Notes: generated from the sequence alone by a model not told the origin. Counted from the first letter of the whole stretch, positions 37,052 to 50,678 are shown. The stretch: 62,728 nt of DNA, filler included, from Diploschistes diacapsis (GCA_023645945.1; 24 parts of 24 records of this genome joined end to end with filler, not necessarily neighbours in it), one strand, 5' to 3'. A program made the numbers and translations.

Positions 37052-38296
37052 TAGAACGCCCCTACAGGAATACTACACAACCAGGGGCTGAGCCTAATCT
37101 GGAAGGATCACGTGTAGCTGCAATCTGTAGGCTGAATGGTTCAGATTCGAAAAGGTGAAGAAGGAACTATCTAGGTGGAAGCAGAGCACATATAAATACT
37201 GGGTGCCAGCCCTACCAGCCCTACCAGGGTTCAACCCTTGAACCCACAAACGTTCAGGATGTTCCACTATCCCCCTTTCCAAACTGTTGCTGTCCCCTAG
37301 CAACAAAACAAAACAAAAACAAAACAAAACCCTTATTCCCTCTTTCCTAGTTCGGATATCTACTTCTCCTATACCCTAATATACTCTTTTCGGCCTAGTC
37401 CAGTTCCTTTTCCCTCTATTGTCTTCAACCCGTACTACACGTAGACACGTGCCCGACCTTACTCCTCTCAAGTTTCGGCGTCGTAAATGGGTGCTATTAG
37501 ACCAATAGTACTAAAAACAGGCGACTCCCAGGGCGAAAAGCAGTAGTAACAGCAATAATCGTGACAGCAGAAATCGCTTTCGAAAGATGGCGAAATGAAG
37601 GTTTGTTTATTAATAAAATGAAGGTTCGACTAGTTCAAAAACTTGTATGGGATCCCAAGCTCTTTCATCGTAATTGATTAGATTAGATCGAGGTCTCTAA
37701 TTCGTCGATCTGCTTGTCGTAAGTTCTTGATAAGAGCTTTTCGTCGCTCCAGGTGGGTGTGTCATACGTAGATCTACTACTACCAGATTATTCGCTTAAA
37801 TAATATCTCATCGTGACAGATAAGACTAGATCTAGCACTTCAACTATAACCATAGCTGAATACTAATTAGATCGAAAATTCTAATTGATCGATCTTTTGC
37901 TTATCGTAAGAGGTTTTCGTCGCTCCTAAATGTCGTAGACCTTCATCTTCAAAAACGCGCCAGCTCGCGTAGGCAGCATCAAATAGAATTAGGTCTAGAT
38001 TCTTTCTCGTAGATAGGTAATGTAGGCTGAATACTTCAAATCCTAAGCCGAGCAGGTAGCCCTGAAGGACCTTTTCGAATGTAGAACGCCCCTACAGGAA
38101 TACTACACAACCAGGGGCTGAGCCTAATCTGGAAGGATCACGTGTAGCTACAATCTGTAGGCTGAATGGTTCAGATTCGAAAAGGTGAAGAAGGAACTAT
38201 CTAAGTAGGAACAGAGCACATATAAATACTGGGTGCCAGCCCTACCAGCCCTACCAGGGTTCAACCCTTGAACCCACAAACGTTCAGGATGTTCCA
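37052..38296 (-). mobile_element. Miniature non-autonomous LTR retrotransposon (TRIM-like), 1245 bp
   Basis: Near-identical 215-bp LTRs (37052-37266, 38082-38296), 5-bp TSD ATAGA, PPT AAAGGGGGATAG on the minus strand; an empty-site homologue is at about 54540-54575. Confidence 0.93.
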
Positions 38297-38801
38297 ATAG
38301 ACGATTATAGTAGCCATATTACCGCTAATATTATTCGTTTTTATATATCTAATCGAATCGATTTAATAANNNNNNNNNNNNNNNNNNNNNNNNNNNNNNN
38401 NNNNNNNNNNNNNTTAATTAATTAANNNNNNNNNNNNNNNNNNNNNNNNNNNNNNNNNNNNNNNNNNNNGATATTAACACGGACATTACATTTCCGTAAA
38501 TTAATTAACACGGATACTACACTACAGTAAAAGCACGAAAACACTTTTTTTTTTTAAATATTTGTAAAATTATCACGCTTATTTCTCACGCTTTTATTTT
38601 TAAAAAAAAACTTTTTAACACGGACACGGACACTATTTTACGGTGAATGCACGGACACGGACACCGTAATTAAAATAATAAAACACGGACACTAACACGG
38701 ACATTGCATTTCCATGAATCCACGGACACGGACACCGTAGCAAGAAAATCTAAAACACTGACACTGACATTGCGGTGTCAGTGTCAGTGACGGCCAGCCT
38801 A

Positions 38802-39854
38802 GTTCAATTATCGGCGTTTAAATTCAGTTATCGTTTAATATTTTGCTTTTAAAGAATCTTACCTGGCTTTCGTAGTTTATAGATCATGAAAACGTTCTTA
38901 ATCGATTTCCCCCGTATAGATCATGATCTAATAATTTATTTTCGATTAATCTTTCTTTTATTATTTAGATATTTTGTTTAAAATTAAACCTAAACCGATA
39001 GGGGTAGATTGTATGAAGTCGTCTGGGGTGACTGTAACTGACGATAATAGCTGATTTTTAAGAACGTAGTTTATTTTTTCGTTTTTAAGGAATATGCGTA
39101 TGAGTTCGAATTATTACTGTTGTTTTTCTTTTTTTAGGATAGAAGTAACACGCTTTCTGGTTAAGATGTCGTTTACTTTATTATTATTTTCGTAAATAAA
39201 GAAAATTTATTGAATGAATGACTCGTAGTTAGTAAATGATTGATGAATGATATAGAGGGTAATTTTCTGCAGTAGAAATAAAAGTAATCGAGGGGTTTAA
39301 CAAAGTTCAGCTGAATTTCGATTATTGTCGAGGAAGGGAAGAAGGTTATTTTTCGTTGGTCTATATAGATGATATCTGAATCCAATTATTTCTTATTTAG
39401 GTCTACTCTAGGTCAGCGTATTAAGGTCCCACGTTCTTTTAAAGTAATATAATTTCTATCTTTGAATTAATTTATTTTGGGGTTTTATGATTTAGATCTT
39501 AGGCTTTTGGATTTCTTCGATTTACTTGCGTTAGGTAACGTAATCGGTGCCCGCGTTTATAATAGTAATAATTATCGGGAGACGTAATTTTAATAAACGA
39601 TAAACGTAGTAAAGTAGGTGTTAATTCGGGTTTATAACTTATTTAATAACGTAACGGATGTATTAAAGTTTAAAGATTTATTTAGAAAGTTATTTTATTT
39701 TATAAACTTTTATTTTTGTGAGATACGTTAAGTCTTATTACCTACATTATTCCTAAATCGGTCTAGTTAAGATTCTAGGAGGTTCAGCTGAACTGAACCT
39801 CCCTCTGGAACTCAGTCGTACTCCCAGCCATGCCTTCTGCCTGTCTGCTCAACA
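38802..39854 (-). mobile_element. Copia 5' LTR (39640-39854), PBS and RIPed gag region
   Basis: Same LTR family as 814-1052; the internal sequence is homologous to 60107-60996; a hAT MITE end (38470-38801) abuts it. Confidence 0.75.
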
Positions 39855-40495
39855 ATTCGTATCATATTTAAAGAAGCGAAATAAAAATACGCTTTTTAAA
39901 ACGAAGCAGTATTAACTCAATATTATATTCGAAATAAAACGGTAATAAAACCTAAACTGAACGATTCAGTCGCGACGTCTATCGAGTATTAGCTAAACCA
40001 AAAACCGTTAATAGATTATATCCGTGTCTAGGGGTCAAGATATTACAGCTACGTAAATCCGAAATTATTATTTAAACGATAAGATAAGTTGATAGATAGG
40101 GCGAGACTAAATATNNNNNNNNNNNNNNNNNNNNNNNNNNNNNNNNNNNNNNNNNNNNTTAATTAATTAANNNNNNNNNNNNNNNNNNNNNNNNNNNNNN
40201 NNNNNNNNNNNNNNATTTTAACCTTATATCTATAAGCGGTTCATTCGGTAACAACGATTCTTTTTAAATAGACGTTTCTGATTATTCGCTTTTTTCCGAA
40301 GATATAACATCGGGCTAATTATCTGTCTTTAATGGGATTTTAGATTTAGGATCACGATATATCGCTTTTATATTAGTCGTGATCGAACAGAACACCCTAG
40401 AGGTCCTTAATATTACTAATACTTGAAGAGAATTATAAACTAACCACGAGAGAAAGGAAGACGCGATAATCCGTAAATAATTTTTCGGGTTTATT

Positions 40496-41474
40496 TATAA
40501 ACAATTCGAAAAAGAAAAAAAACGATATTTTTTATTTAACTTTTTACGTTATTTCACCGTTTTCTTTTTATACTCTTTTGATTTCTTTTCAGAATCATAG
40601 TACCATGTTTTCTCTTATTTTTTCTACTGCAAAGCCCCTAGCTTCAACAATACACCAAATTTTCTTTCCTTGTTCTTCATATCCGCCTCATTCTTTTATT
40701 ACTTTTTCCTTCTTTTTTCTCTTTCTTATTCCCTGGTTTTTTCGTTCCGATAATATTGGTTCTTTTATTCAATTATTTTTTATTATTCTTCCCTAAAACT
40801 TGTATTTAATTCCTATTTCTTACCGTTCGTATTCGTATCATCCTATTCAATCTATTCATTCGTATTCAATTTCCTTTTCCTCGTGTTCGTATTCGCGTAA
40901 TCTTGATTAATCTTTTCAATTTCCGTCCGGTACCGAGTAACTCGAGCTAATAATACTTATCGTTTCTAATATCGATAATCTTTAACTTCTAATTCTTTTT
41001 TAATATCCCACCTATTCGCAACTTAATCTTCTAAATGCATCTTAATTAAATTCTGCTTTTTTATTTTTTTAATACTGGTAGGCCATTTAAGAATAATTAG
41101 ATATTTCCTTTATTTATTTTTTTATATTCTTGTAAACAATATCTTCTTATTATATCTAGAACTTTCAGATCGTAATTTTCTTCTTACCTTTCGTAAGATG
41201 TAGAAGGGTCCTTAGACAAGTCCTTAAATTAACCCCCATTATAAACACAAAGCGCGTTATCTAAGAAAACTTCCCTTGCTATAATAAGTAAATAATCGTA
41301 GATGGTGTAATAAAAGAATGTAATGTGATTTCGTAATCAACAGCATACCTAGATAGGATAATTATGAGATATAGGATGCATGAATTGTCTAAAGCTACCT
41401 AGCAGGCCTCCTTAAATGAAGCTGCCCTGTGGGGACCACCCCCACCAAGTCTACGGCCTACTTTTATGTTTACA
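40496..41474 (-). mobile_element. Repeat family C (long LTR-like element starting TGTAAACATAAAAGTAGG)
   Basis: Homologous copies start at 42942 and 62323 with unrelated flanks, and a partial copy is at about 34250-34495. The left boundary is uncertain. Confidence 0.6.
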
Positions 41475-41959
41475 ATATAACGCCCGTTATTAACGTAATA
41501 GGTTTTAGTATATTCGATTTAATAGGTTCAGGTTTAGGTTCAGGTTCAGTTCTTTTTTTTAAAATCTTAACCCGTAAGAAGCTCTTTATTAACCGTCGGT
41601 CACCATTATTTGGCTCGGGTGGATCATATGGAGTAAAAATAGGGGCCTTTAGGGTGCTGTGATCCTTAATAGGAATAAATGATGAAGGTTTAGTATAATT
41701 TAGTTGAACCTTCGCCTTATCGTTGATACGTTTTTGGCGTGCGTAATTAACACGTCGTTAACGTAAGTAATTGATCCGTCGTTGATACTTCTAATATCAG
41801 GTATTAAATCGTTAATTAGACGTTTCGATAATTTTCGGATAAATATTACGTTATCGTTCNNNNNNNNNNNNNNNNNNNNNNNNNNNNNNNNNNNNNNNNN
41901 NNNTTAATTAATTAANNNNNNNNNNNNNNNNNNNNNNNNNNNNNNNNNNNNNNNNNNNN

Positions 41960-42941
41960 TAAAAAATTCAGATAAATAGTCATCGTAACAAAATATAATA
42001 AACGAAAAAAAAAGAAAAGAATCCCGAAACATCCGCGATAAGAAAAGTAAGAATAAGCGCGCCTATAATATAGAATGTTTAGACGATGAAAGTTTAGAAA
42101 ATTTAAAATCTGAACCTGAACCTGAATTTTAATTATATGATAATAAAATTAATAATATAGCTAAAAACGCTATTATTAAAAGTAAGATTATTTTTATTAA
42201 ATGGATCGGTGATACCGGCGTTTCATTATATATGATTAATTAGTTACATCTGTTTAGAAATCTGACTCTTATTTAAAGACGACGAATTAAAATCGGGGGA
42301 AGAATGCTCTATTTAGATTATGCTAGGAAGGTTAGGTTAAAGTAAGATAATAGCGTTCTGTATTTAAGATATGTGATATATGTGTTTGAATTGAAAGCAA
42401 ATCTTATATCGGGGCAAAAGTTATATAAAATAGGATTACGGGGGAATTTTAATCAAAAAAGCTTGTATTTATACGACGAAGACGGTCGGATCATTCTTAT
42501 ATATAAAAAAAAGAATGGAGTTTATTATTCGAGCAAGGTTGCAAAAGAAGAACATACGTATAGAGTAATTACGTATCTAATAGCTGAACCTGAACCTGAA
42601 CTGAACTTAAAAGTTCAGTTTAATAAAAACAGTTATTAGTTATGGTACGCACGCATGGCCTATATAAGACCTAAGAAGTTCTAAAATCTACACGAAATTA
42701 CGACTTTCGTTAATCTTATCCGTATCGCACCTTATACGTATAAGATATACCAGTTGATCAAGACTAGGTAATAAATTGGCCGTATATTGGTCAAATATAA
42801 GCAAAATATCCTAAATTTAGTAAACATCGACATCTATAGACCTTTTTTAAGGTCACTTGACAATACTTAATAGCTTATAAAGATTATCGATAATTACTCG
42901 CGAAAAACCTAGTTTATTCTTTATAAAACTTAGAAAGATAT
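41960..42941 (+). mobile_element. RIP-degraded copia protease / GAG-pre-integrase / integrase start
   Basis: KWIGDTGVSLYM (WxxDTGA), VFELKANLISG, LWYARMAY (WHxRLGH) and LVNIDIYRPF (HxDxxGP). Confidence 0.85.
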
Positions 42942-43603
42942 TGTAAACATAAAAGTAGGCCGCAGACTTGGTGGGGGTGGTCCCTATAGGGCAGCTCCAT
43001 TTAAGGAGGCCTGCTAGGTAGCTCTAGACAATGAATGCATCCTATATCTTAAAAATGTTCTACCTAGATATGCTATTAATTATCAATTCACCTTACAGCT
43101 CTTTACGATATTATTTACGAATACCTACCTATTACAGCAAGGGAAGTTTCCTTAGACAACGCGCCTAGTGTTTATAATAAAGGTTAACCTAAGGACCTGT
43201 CTAAGGACCCTTCCACATCTTGCGAGAGGTAAGGAGAAGATTAGGATATAAAAGTTTTAGGCATAATAGAAAGACATTATTTATAAAAATATAAAAAAAG
43301 AAAAGAAGAGGGCATCTGATTATCCCTAAACGACCTGCTAGCGTTGAGAGAAAGAAAGAATAGAATTTGGTTAAGATACATTTAAAAGATTAGACTGCGA
43401 ACAGATAGGATGTTAAAAAAGAATTAGAAATTAAAGATTATCGATATTAGAAACGATAGGTATTATTAGCTAAAATTATTCGGTACCGGATGGAAATTGA
43501 ATAAATTAATTAGGATTACGCGAATACGAACACGAGGAAAAAAGAATCGAATAAGAATAAGTAAATTAAATATGATTATAAGAATACGAACGTTAAAAAA
43601 AAA
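42942..43603 (+). mobile_element. Repeat family C inserted into copia integrase
   Basis: Starts TGTAAACATAAAAGTAGG; homologous to 40496-41474 and 62323-62728. Confidence 0.7.
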
Positions 43604-46011
43604 NNNNNNNNNNNNNNNNNNNNNNNNNNNNNNNNNNNNNNNNNNNNTTAATTAATTAANNNNNNNNNNNNNNNNNNNNNNNNNNNNNNNNNNNNNNNNN
43701 NNNAAGTTAATAAGAATAAATTTAAATCGAATTGATGCGAGATTAAAAAAGGGTTGTAAAATAAAAATAAAAAGATCCGATAAATCGAAATTTTTTTATT
43801 AAATACGGTTATAAAATTAATAAATTATAATTTAATATTTATAAAGTCTGTTTAAGCGTTTTAACTCGTAATAACTCGATTCCGAGTTATTAAAAATAAT
43901 TCGATTTATTTAAACGTATTATACGCGATTTATTTAATTAAATAATATTATCCGTTTTTTACGTTAACGCGCTTTTTAACGGCGAAGATACTAGGCTGGC
44001 CGTTTCGTGCCACGGACACTTCTACGGACACTACCGAGAAAATTTTTAAAACACGATACTGCCACGGACACTACCGTTAAAATTTTAAAACACGGATACT
44101 TCCACGGAAATTATATTATAGTAAAAACACGGACACGGATATTACGATTAAAAATTTTAAAACACGGATACTTCCACGGACATTACCGTTAAAATTTTTA
44201 AAACACGATATTACCACGGATATTATATTATAATAAATTTATTAAAATATTATCGTGAATTTATCGAATGTTACGATCCAAGGTACTTGTAAAGGATAAA
44301 ATGCAGTAGTATGATAATAATGGTTATAGTATTCATGAACTAATCTTTAGAGAAGAAAAAAGGAGATCCCTCTGTAAAAACTCCTCTTATGACCAGCGAT
44401 CTTGGCGCGGCGTTAAAACTAAGTTCCTCCACTCGCCCGAAAGACTGTTATAGCTATCTATTATAATTACTTTTTTCTTTCTTAGCTCTAGACTTCTAGA
44501 ACCGTTGTTTATATTTATTTAAAAACCTTCGTAAAACTCCCGATATACTTTTATTAACTTCGCGGAAAAATAACGGGCACGTGCTCGCCATTAAACGGGA
44601 AAATTATCGGCACGGTTTCGGTTAATTAATATACGGGTTAATATCGGTCCCCCGGTGCGTATAACGCGGGTATATAAATCACGGGTATTTATAGATTATA
44701 ATATATAATAATTTTATAAAATAAATATATTAATAATAAATCCTTTTATCTCGATATATCTTTATAGCCTTTATAATTCTTCCGTACTTTTTTTCTTTTT
44801 TTATCTTTAAATATAATTTAAATAAAATAATTATTCTTATAGATAAAAACATGATGAAAAACTTCCTTAAAACATTTCTGCCCCGTTTAATATACGTATA
44901 TCATGCGATCGGGTTCCGGAAGGCTAACGATCGTTATTAATAGGAAATATTCCAGTTTTAATCGGAAATTTTCCCTGTAATTTACTATCTCGCCTGTTCC
45001 CGGAACCTGTTGATTGCTGGTGTGGTACTTGTCTAACCTCCCTGTTCCGGATTCTTTCCTAGGAGATTTGTTTATGCGGCCTGTTCGGATCCGAAAATAA
45101 AGCGAATTTATGAACTTGTAAGTCGCTTCCGTTTGATAAATTAAAGATTCGGTTTATTAATAATGTTTAATAAATCCCTAATTTGTTTACAACGGATCTA
45201 CGTCGGTTAATAATCGACATCCAATCGGTTTATAATCGGGACGTACTTCCTTCCGAACAATTTCTGATTTAATTTAAAATATAGAAAGCGGGTTTAAACC
45301 GCTATTTAACTCGAAAAAACCTTTATAGGGCCAATAGACCTAAAGACNNNNNNNNNNNNNNNNNNNNNNNNNNNNNNNNNNNNNNNNNNNNTTAATTAAT
45401 TAANNNNNNNNNNNNNNNNNNNNNNNNNNNNNNNNNNNNNNNNNNNNCTTTAAATGCGCGGATAATTTCTCGAATATTAATATATTATTATGATTTTAAA
45501 ACCTATAAACAGTCGTTAATATTAGATTCTATTAAAATCGAATTATTACGATACGAAATAGTCATTATTGAGAAAAATCGAATATAAGATGAAAACAGTG
45601 ATTTAAGGTGGCCGGACTCTGGGGGTGGCCGGACTCCCCGTCAAACACGTTATCCGTATTAATGTCCGTGTTTTAAAATTTTAGCTGTCGTGTCCGTGTT
45701 AATGTCCGTGTTTTGAAAATTTTTGCTGCAGTGTCCGTGTCAGTGACCGTGGCACGAAACGGCCAGCCTAAATAATATCATTAAATCGATTCGATTAAAT
45801 ATATAAAAACGAATAATATTAACGATAATATAATTACTATAACCGTTTATAATTAATAAACGACGCGTTTCGGATCGATTCGGTTTAATTAAAAGTTTAA
45901 AGATATATAAAAGAATAATGGCTTCCCGATCACCTAATAAAAACGATTAAAAACAAAAAAAGCATTATACTTTAAATTAATATAAAAACCGGTGAACGCG
46001 TCGTGTGATAT

Positions 46012-46466
46012 TGTTATGATCTCTATCTATATAAGGTATACACGAGTAGGATTAAGGTAGGTTTGGTCTCTGTTAGAAGAGGAATATGGTAGGAAAAGAA
46101 GATAAAGCAATCATAAATCTTGAACTATCTCTAAAAAGAAAGCTTTAAGATAATAAAGATAACGAATATAGATTGATCCCGAGTAATAACTTAAGATATT
46201 TATAAAAATGAACACGTTCTCTTTTACGAAGATAAAATCGTGTTTATATATAATTAACTCGCTTGCCGTTTATTATAAGTTTAATGAACGGTATCTTCGA
46301 AGCTCGCCGCTTATAAGAATAAACGCGATTATCGAACGGTAACGAAAGCTAACTCGCCGCTCACGAGAATGAGCGCGAACAATGAACGCATCACGTGACC
46401 CCTGGTCCCGTGACTGACCTATATACAAAGCTGGGACGTGCCAAGTCTGGTACTTGGATCGTAACA
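46012..46466 (-). mobile_element. Solo LTR of family B
   Basis: TGTTATGATC...GATCGTAACA inverted ends; near-matching flanks TGATAT and CGATAT. Confidence 0.75.
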
Positions 46467-47191
46467 CGATATCAATAAACAGATTAAGATAGCTATCGAT
46501 CAGCCCTTATAATTCTATTATTTCATCTTCGTGTCCGTAAGCCGTAATTCCGTTATTTAATTTCGATTTAAGCTACTTCGGGTTAGTCGAGATAGCTTTA
46601 AGTTCGAGTTATATGGAGAAACATCTCGCTAGATCCTCGAGGCTAGTATCGATAACGTAAACGCCATTACCGTTATAATCGATAATCAGACCTAATTAAG
46701 CATGATTCGGTAAAATATACGTAACATTCGTATCATTTCGTATTAGCACGGCGTTGGTATTATAGTCGATAACGTGTACGTATATTAAAAAATATCGCTA
46801 TCGTTTAAATTAAAATAAAAAATCCCGATTCTATAATAATACTAAAGATACATTCTTTAAACCGATAACAAACATTAATATAACCGTCTTAAAAGGTATC
46901 GTCGATATATTTTCGACAAATACTATAATCGTAATCTTCTTTATCGTTATAATTAAGATTAAAACTTATAAATTAACATAATTTCTAATAATAACAATAT
47001 ATCTTTAAAAGTCTATCAAAAACCGTTCTAAATCCAATATATCGATCTCTATAAACACGTTTACTCGTAAATCGTCGATAATATATAGCTTNNNNNNNNN
47101 NNNNNNNNNNNNNNNNNNNNNNNNNNNNNNNNNNNTTAATTAATTAANNNNNNNNNNNNNNNNNNNNNNNNNNNNNNNNNNNNNNNNNNNN

Positions 47192-48835
47192 GCTTAAGAT
47201 AGATTTTCGATATTAAGTATAATCTTAATAATAATAATGAAAGATTTAAAATTAGATTAATCGTAAAAAGGTTTTCGTAAAGATAAAATTGTAACAGCGG
47301 GGGCAAGTGCCTAATGGGTAGCGCTATCCCACTGAACCAAAAGACTAACCACAATGCTTTCAAGAACCCCGAAGCACTGTTTCCCTATTACACTATATGT
47401 AGGTGCGTGGCTGTGGCAGTAGGTGGCAGATGTGTAACCCCGCAGGCCTTACAACTATCTCCCCTCCCCACAGTGCTGGCCCCAAGCGCACTGACTGATC
47501 CCGCACCTACCACGTCTCATATAGCGCCCCGGGTATGTTAGCCTAAACCGTTTATCGCAACTATCTACAATAACTTAAAGGCCCCTAGGCATGTTCATTG
47601 CGCCCCCGAACAAATCCACACCTATAGACAACAATAGTGCGCAATTAATTCAACTGCACAAATAACCAACCCCGTGCTCGAACCAACGACCTGGGAACTG
47701 AAAGCATAACTATAACAGTGGGGGTAGTGCCTAATAGGGTAACGCTATCCCACTGAGCCAAAAGACTAACACAATGCTTTCAGGAACCCCGATGCATTGT
47801 TTCCCTATTACACTATATGTAGGTGCGTGGCTGTGGCAGCAGGGGGACCTGAACCCCGGGGCGCACCTTTGGGCGTTACAAAAATATCGATTTCGATAAG
47901 ATATTTATTTTTATTATTCGAGCCGATTCGCTACGAATTCTATTAACGGTTATAATAATTAAAGATTTAAAATATTATTAAATAAACGTTAATAATGAGT
48001 TTATCGAAGTGTTATTAACGTATTAAATTTATATGACCGTATTAGATGGATATAGCGTTTTAAAGGGCATCGTATTTAAGATCAATAAAAGCTTATATAA
48101 ATTAAAGTAAGCGGTTAAAAATTGGTATGAAGAATACGATAATATAATTTTAAATTTAGGATTCGTTCGATTTAATGTTGATTCGTACGTCTTTATTCTA
48201 CGAAATCGAAAGTTATTGGTTGGTTTTTACGTGAACGATATTATTGTAATAACGTCGGCGCTGCGTGATGTATACTGGTTTAAAAAAGCATTAATTGAAC
48301 GTTATAAGGTTAAGAATTTGGGAGAGATGAAAAAGCTTTTAAGAATGAAAGTTCAACGATAGCGCAGTTTAGATTCAATAAGTTCAGCTGAACTGACCCT
48401 AGATCAAGAGATATACGTCGAAAAGATGCTTCAGCGTTTCAAGATGATAACGGACACATATAAAAGCTAAAAGATACCGTTTAATAAATACGACGGTATT
48501 AAATTAAATAAAAAATTCTTCGAAATAATTAATAAGATATAATATTAAAAAATTATTAGTAATATCATACATTTAACGGTTTATACGAGATTAAACATCG
48601 TATTTACCATTAAAAAATTAAATTAATACATAACTAACTTATATATCTATTATTTACATGCTTTAAAGGAATTACTCCGCTATATTCGAAAGATAAAAGA
48701 TATTAAAGTTTAATTTAATATTAAACCTAAACTTTTAAAACTACGGGAATATTCCGATACAAATTATGAAAGAAATAAGTTAGATCGAAAATCTACGTAT
48801 AAACATATCTTTCAGTTATGCGGTAAATTAATATC
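47192..48835 (+). mobile_element. RIP-degraded copia reverse transcriptase to RNase H start
   Basis: RFKIRLIVKRF (KARLVA), IDFDKIF, INVNNEF (DVxNAF), KSLYKLK, GFYVNDII (YVDD) and EYSDTNY...DRKST; interrupted by the TRIM at 47290-47880. Confidence 0.88.
47290..47880 (-). mobile_element. Miniature LTR retrotransposon (TRIM), 591 bp
   Basis: LTRs 47290-47453 and 47711-47880 (TGTAAC...TTACA), 5-bp TSD AAAAT, PPT GGGAGGGGAGATAGT on the minus strand, 257-bp non-coding interior; partial LTR copy at 49392-49493. Confidence 0.88.
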
Positions 48836-49493
48836 NNNNNNNNNNNNNNNNNNNNNNNNNNNNNNNNNNNNNNNNNNNNTTAATTAATTAANNNNNNNNN
48901 NNNNNNNNNNNNNNNNNNNNNNNNNNNNNNNNNNNAATAAACACGTTCTTTTTTACGAAGATAAAGTCGTATTTATATATAATTAACTCGCTTACCGCTT
49001 ATCGTAAATTTAACGAACGGCGCTTTTAAAGCTCGCCGCTTACGAGAATAAACGCGAGTATCGAGCGATAACGAAAACCCGCTCGCCGCTTACGCGAATA
49101 AACGCGATCAATGAGCATATCACGTGACCCCCGTCCCGTGATTAACCTATATACAAACAAAGCTGGGACGTGCCAAGTCTGGTACTTGGATCGTAACAAT
49201 TTATAACGCGTAAAAAACGTCATCGCGTTTTTAAAATCGAGAAGGATGAAAAGAAAGAAGATAGATTCGATTCGGATCGATTAGATTCTAATTATGATAA
49301 ATAAATTATATCTAAAAACCGTAGAATGTTAACGGTAGTGATTTGAGGTGGCCGGAATCTGGGGGTGGCCGGAATCCCCGTCAAACACGTTAGTCTAATA
49401 GGGAAACAGTGCTTCGGGGTTCCTGAAAGCATTGTGTTCAGTCTTGGCTCAGTGGGATACCACTACCTATTAGGCACTACCCCCGCTGTTACA

Positions 49494-50140
49494 AATACGA
49501 AAACAATAGATACGAAAACAATAGATACGAAAACAATAGATACAAAAACAATAAATACAAAAACAATAGATACAAAAACAATAGATACAAAAACAATAGA
49601 TAGGAAAACAATAAACATAAAATTAATAGATTTAAAAGTAATAAATTTAAAAGAAGTAGATTCGAAAGTAATAGGTTTAAAAGCAATAGGTTCAAAAGCA
49701 GTAGGTTCAAAAGCAGTAGATTCGAAAGCAGCAGATGCGAAAGCAGTAGGTTTGAAAGCAGTAGATTCGAAAGCAGGAGGTTTGAAAGTAGTAGGTGCGA
49801 AAGCAGTAGGCGCGAAAGTAGTAAATGCGAAAGCAGTAGGTTTAAAAGCAGTAGGTTCGAAAGCAGTAGATTCGAAAGCAGTAGATACGAAAGCAGTAGA
49901 TGCGAAAGTAGTAAATGCGAAAGCAGTAGGTTCGAAAGCAGTAGGTTCGAAAGCAATAGGTTCGAAAGCAGTAAATGCGAAAGCAGTAGATTCCAAAGCA
50001 GTAGATTCGAAAGCAGTAAATTCGAAAGCAGTAGGTCGAGAGTAGTAGGTCGAGAGCAGTAGATTCGAAAGCAGTAGATTCGAAAGCAGTAGATTCGAAA
50101 GCACTAGGTGCGAAAATGAATTTAAAAAGCAGTAGATGCA
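49494..50140. repeat. 15-bp tandem repeat (consensus GCAGTAGATTCGAAA), about 43 units
   Basis: Clear 15-nt periodicity; units toward the left carry more G-to-A changes (ACAATAGATACAAAA). Confidence 0.95.
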
Positions 50141-50678
50141 AAAAAAGATGCCACGTAATAATTCAGTTCAGTTCAGCCAATCAAACCCTTGACTGATACT
50201 TTCGGAGTTAATTTCTTATCTACGGTTTTTTCTACGCCCATAAACACACTAATATGCCAATAAGTTATAGTCCTGCGTGTTACGATCCAAGGTACTAGGC
50301 GGTAGTACTTGGCACGCAACAGCTAGTCGGGCACTTCCCAACCATTCCTTATATATAATCCAATTAGGGTAACAGAGGTCACATGACGAGTAAAAGGTCT
50401 AAAAAACCATTCTATTTAGTTATAAATAAAAAGAAAGAACGGTAATTCTACTTATTTATTTATTTATTTTACTAAAAAAGCTATTAATTATATAAAAACG
50501 TCGCCATAACCTTTATAAATTTAGAACGTGTTGATTTTCATAAATATCCTTAATTATTACTCGAGATCAATTTATATTNNNNNNNNNNNNNNNNNNNNNN
50601 NNNNNNNNNNNNNNNNNNNNNNTTAATTAATTAANNNNNNNNNNNNNNNNNNNNNNNNNNNNNNNNNNNNNNNNNNNN

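Noticed and set aside
47711..47880. Faint 5S rRNA resemblance (GAAACAGTGCTTC) in the TRIM LTR, suggesting a Cassandra-like element
   Set aside because: Only about 13 nt of imperfect similarity; no recognisable box A/C or 5S stem.
49365..50141. Overlapping 99-226 aa ORFs (KAVDS, STAFE and SNLLL repeats) as a second repeat-peptide precursor
   Set aside because: They arise from a 15-bp tandem repeat. The N-terminus comes from a pogo TIR and a TRIM LTR, and there is no signal peptide or neighbouring enzyme.
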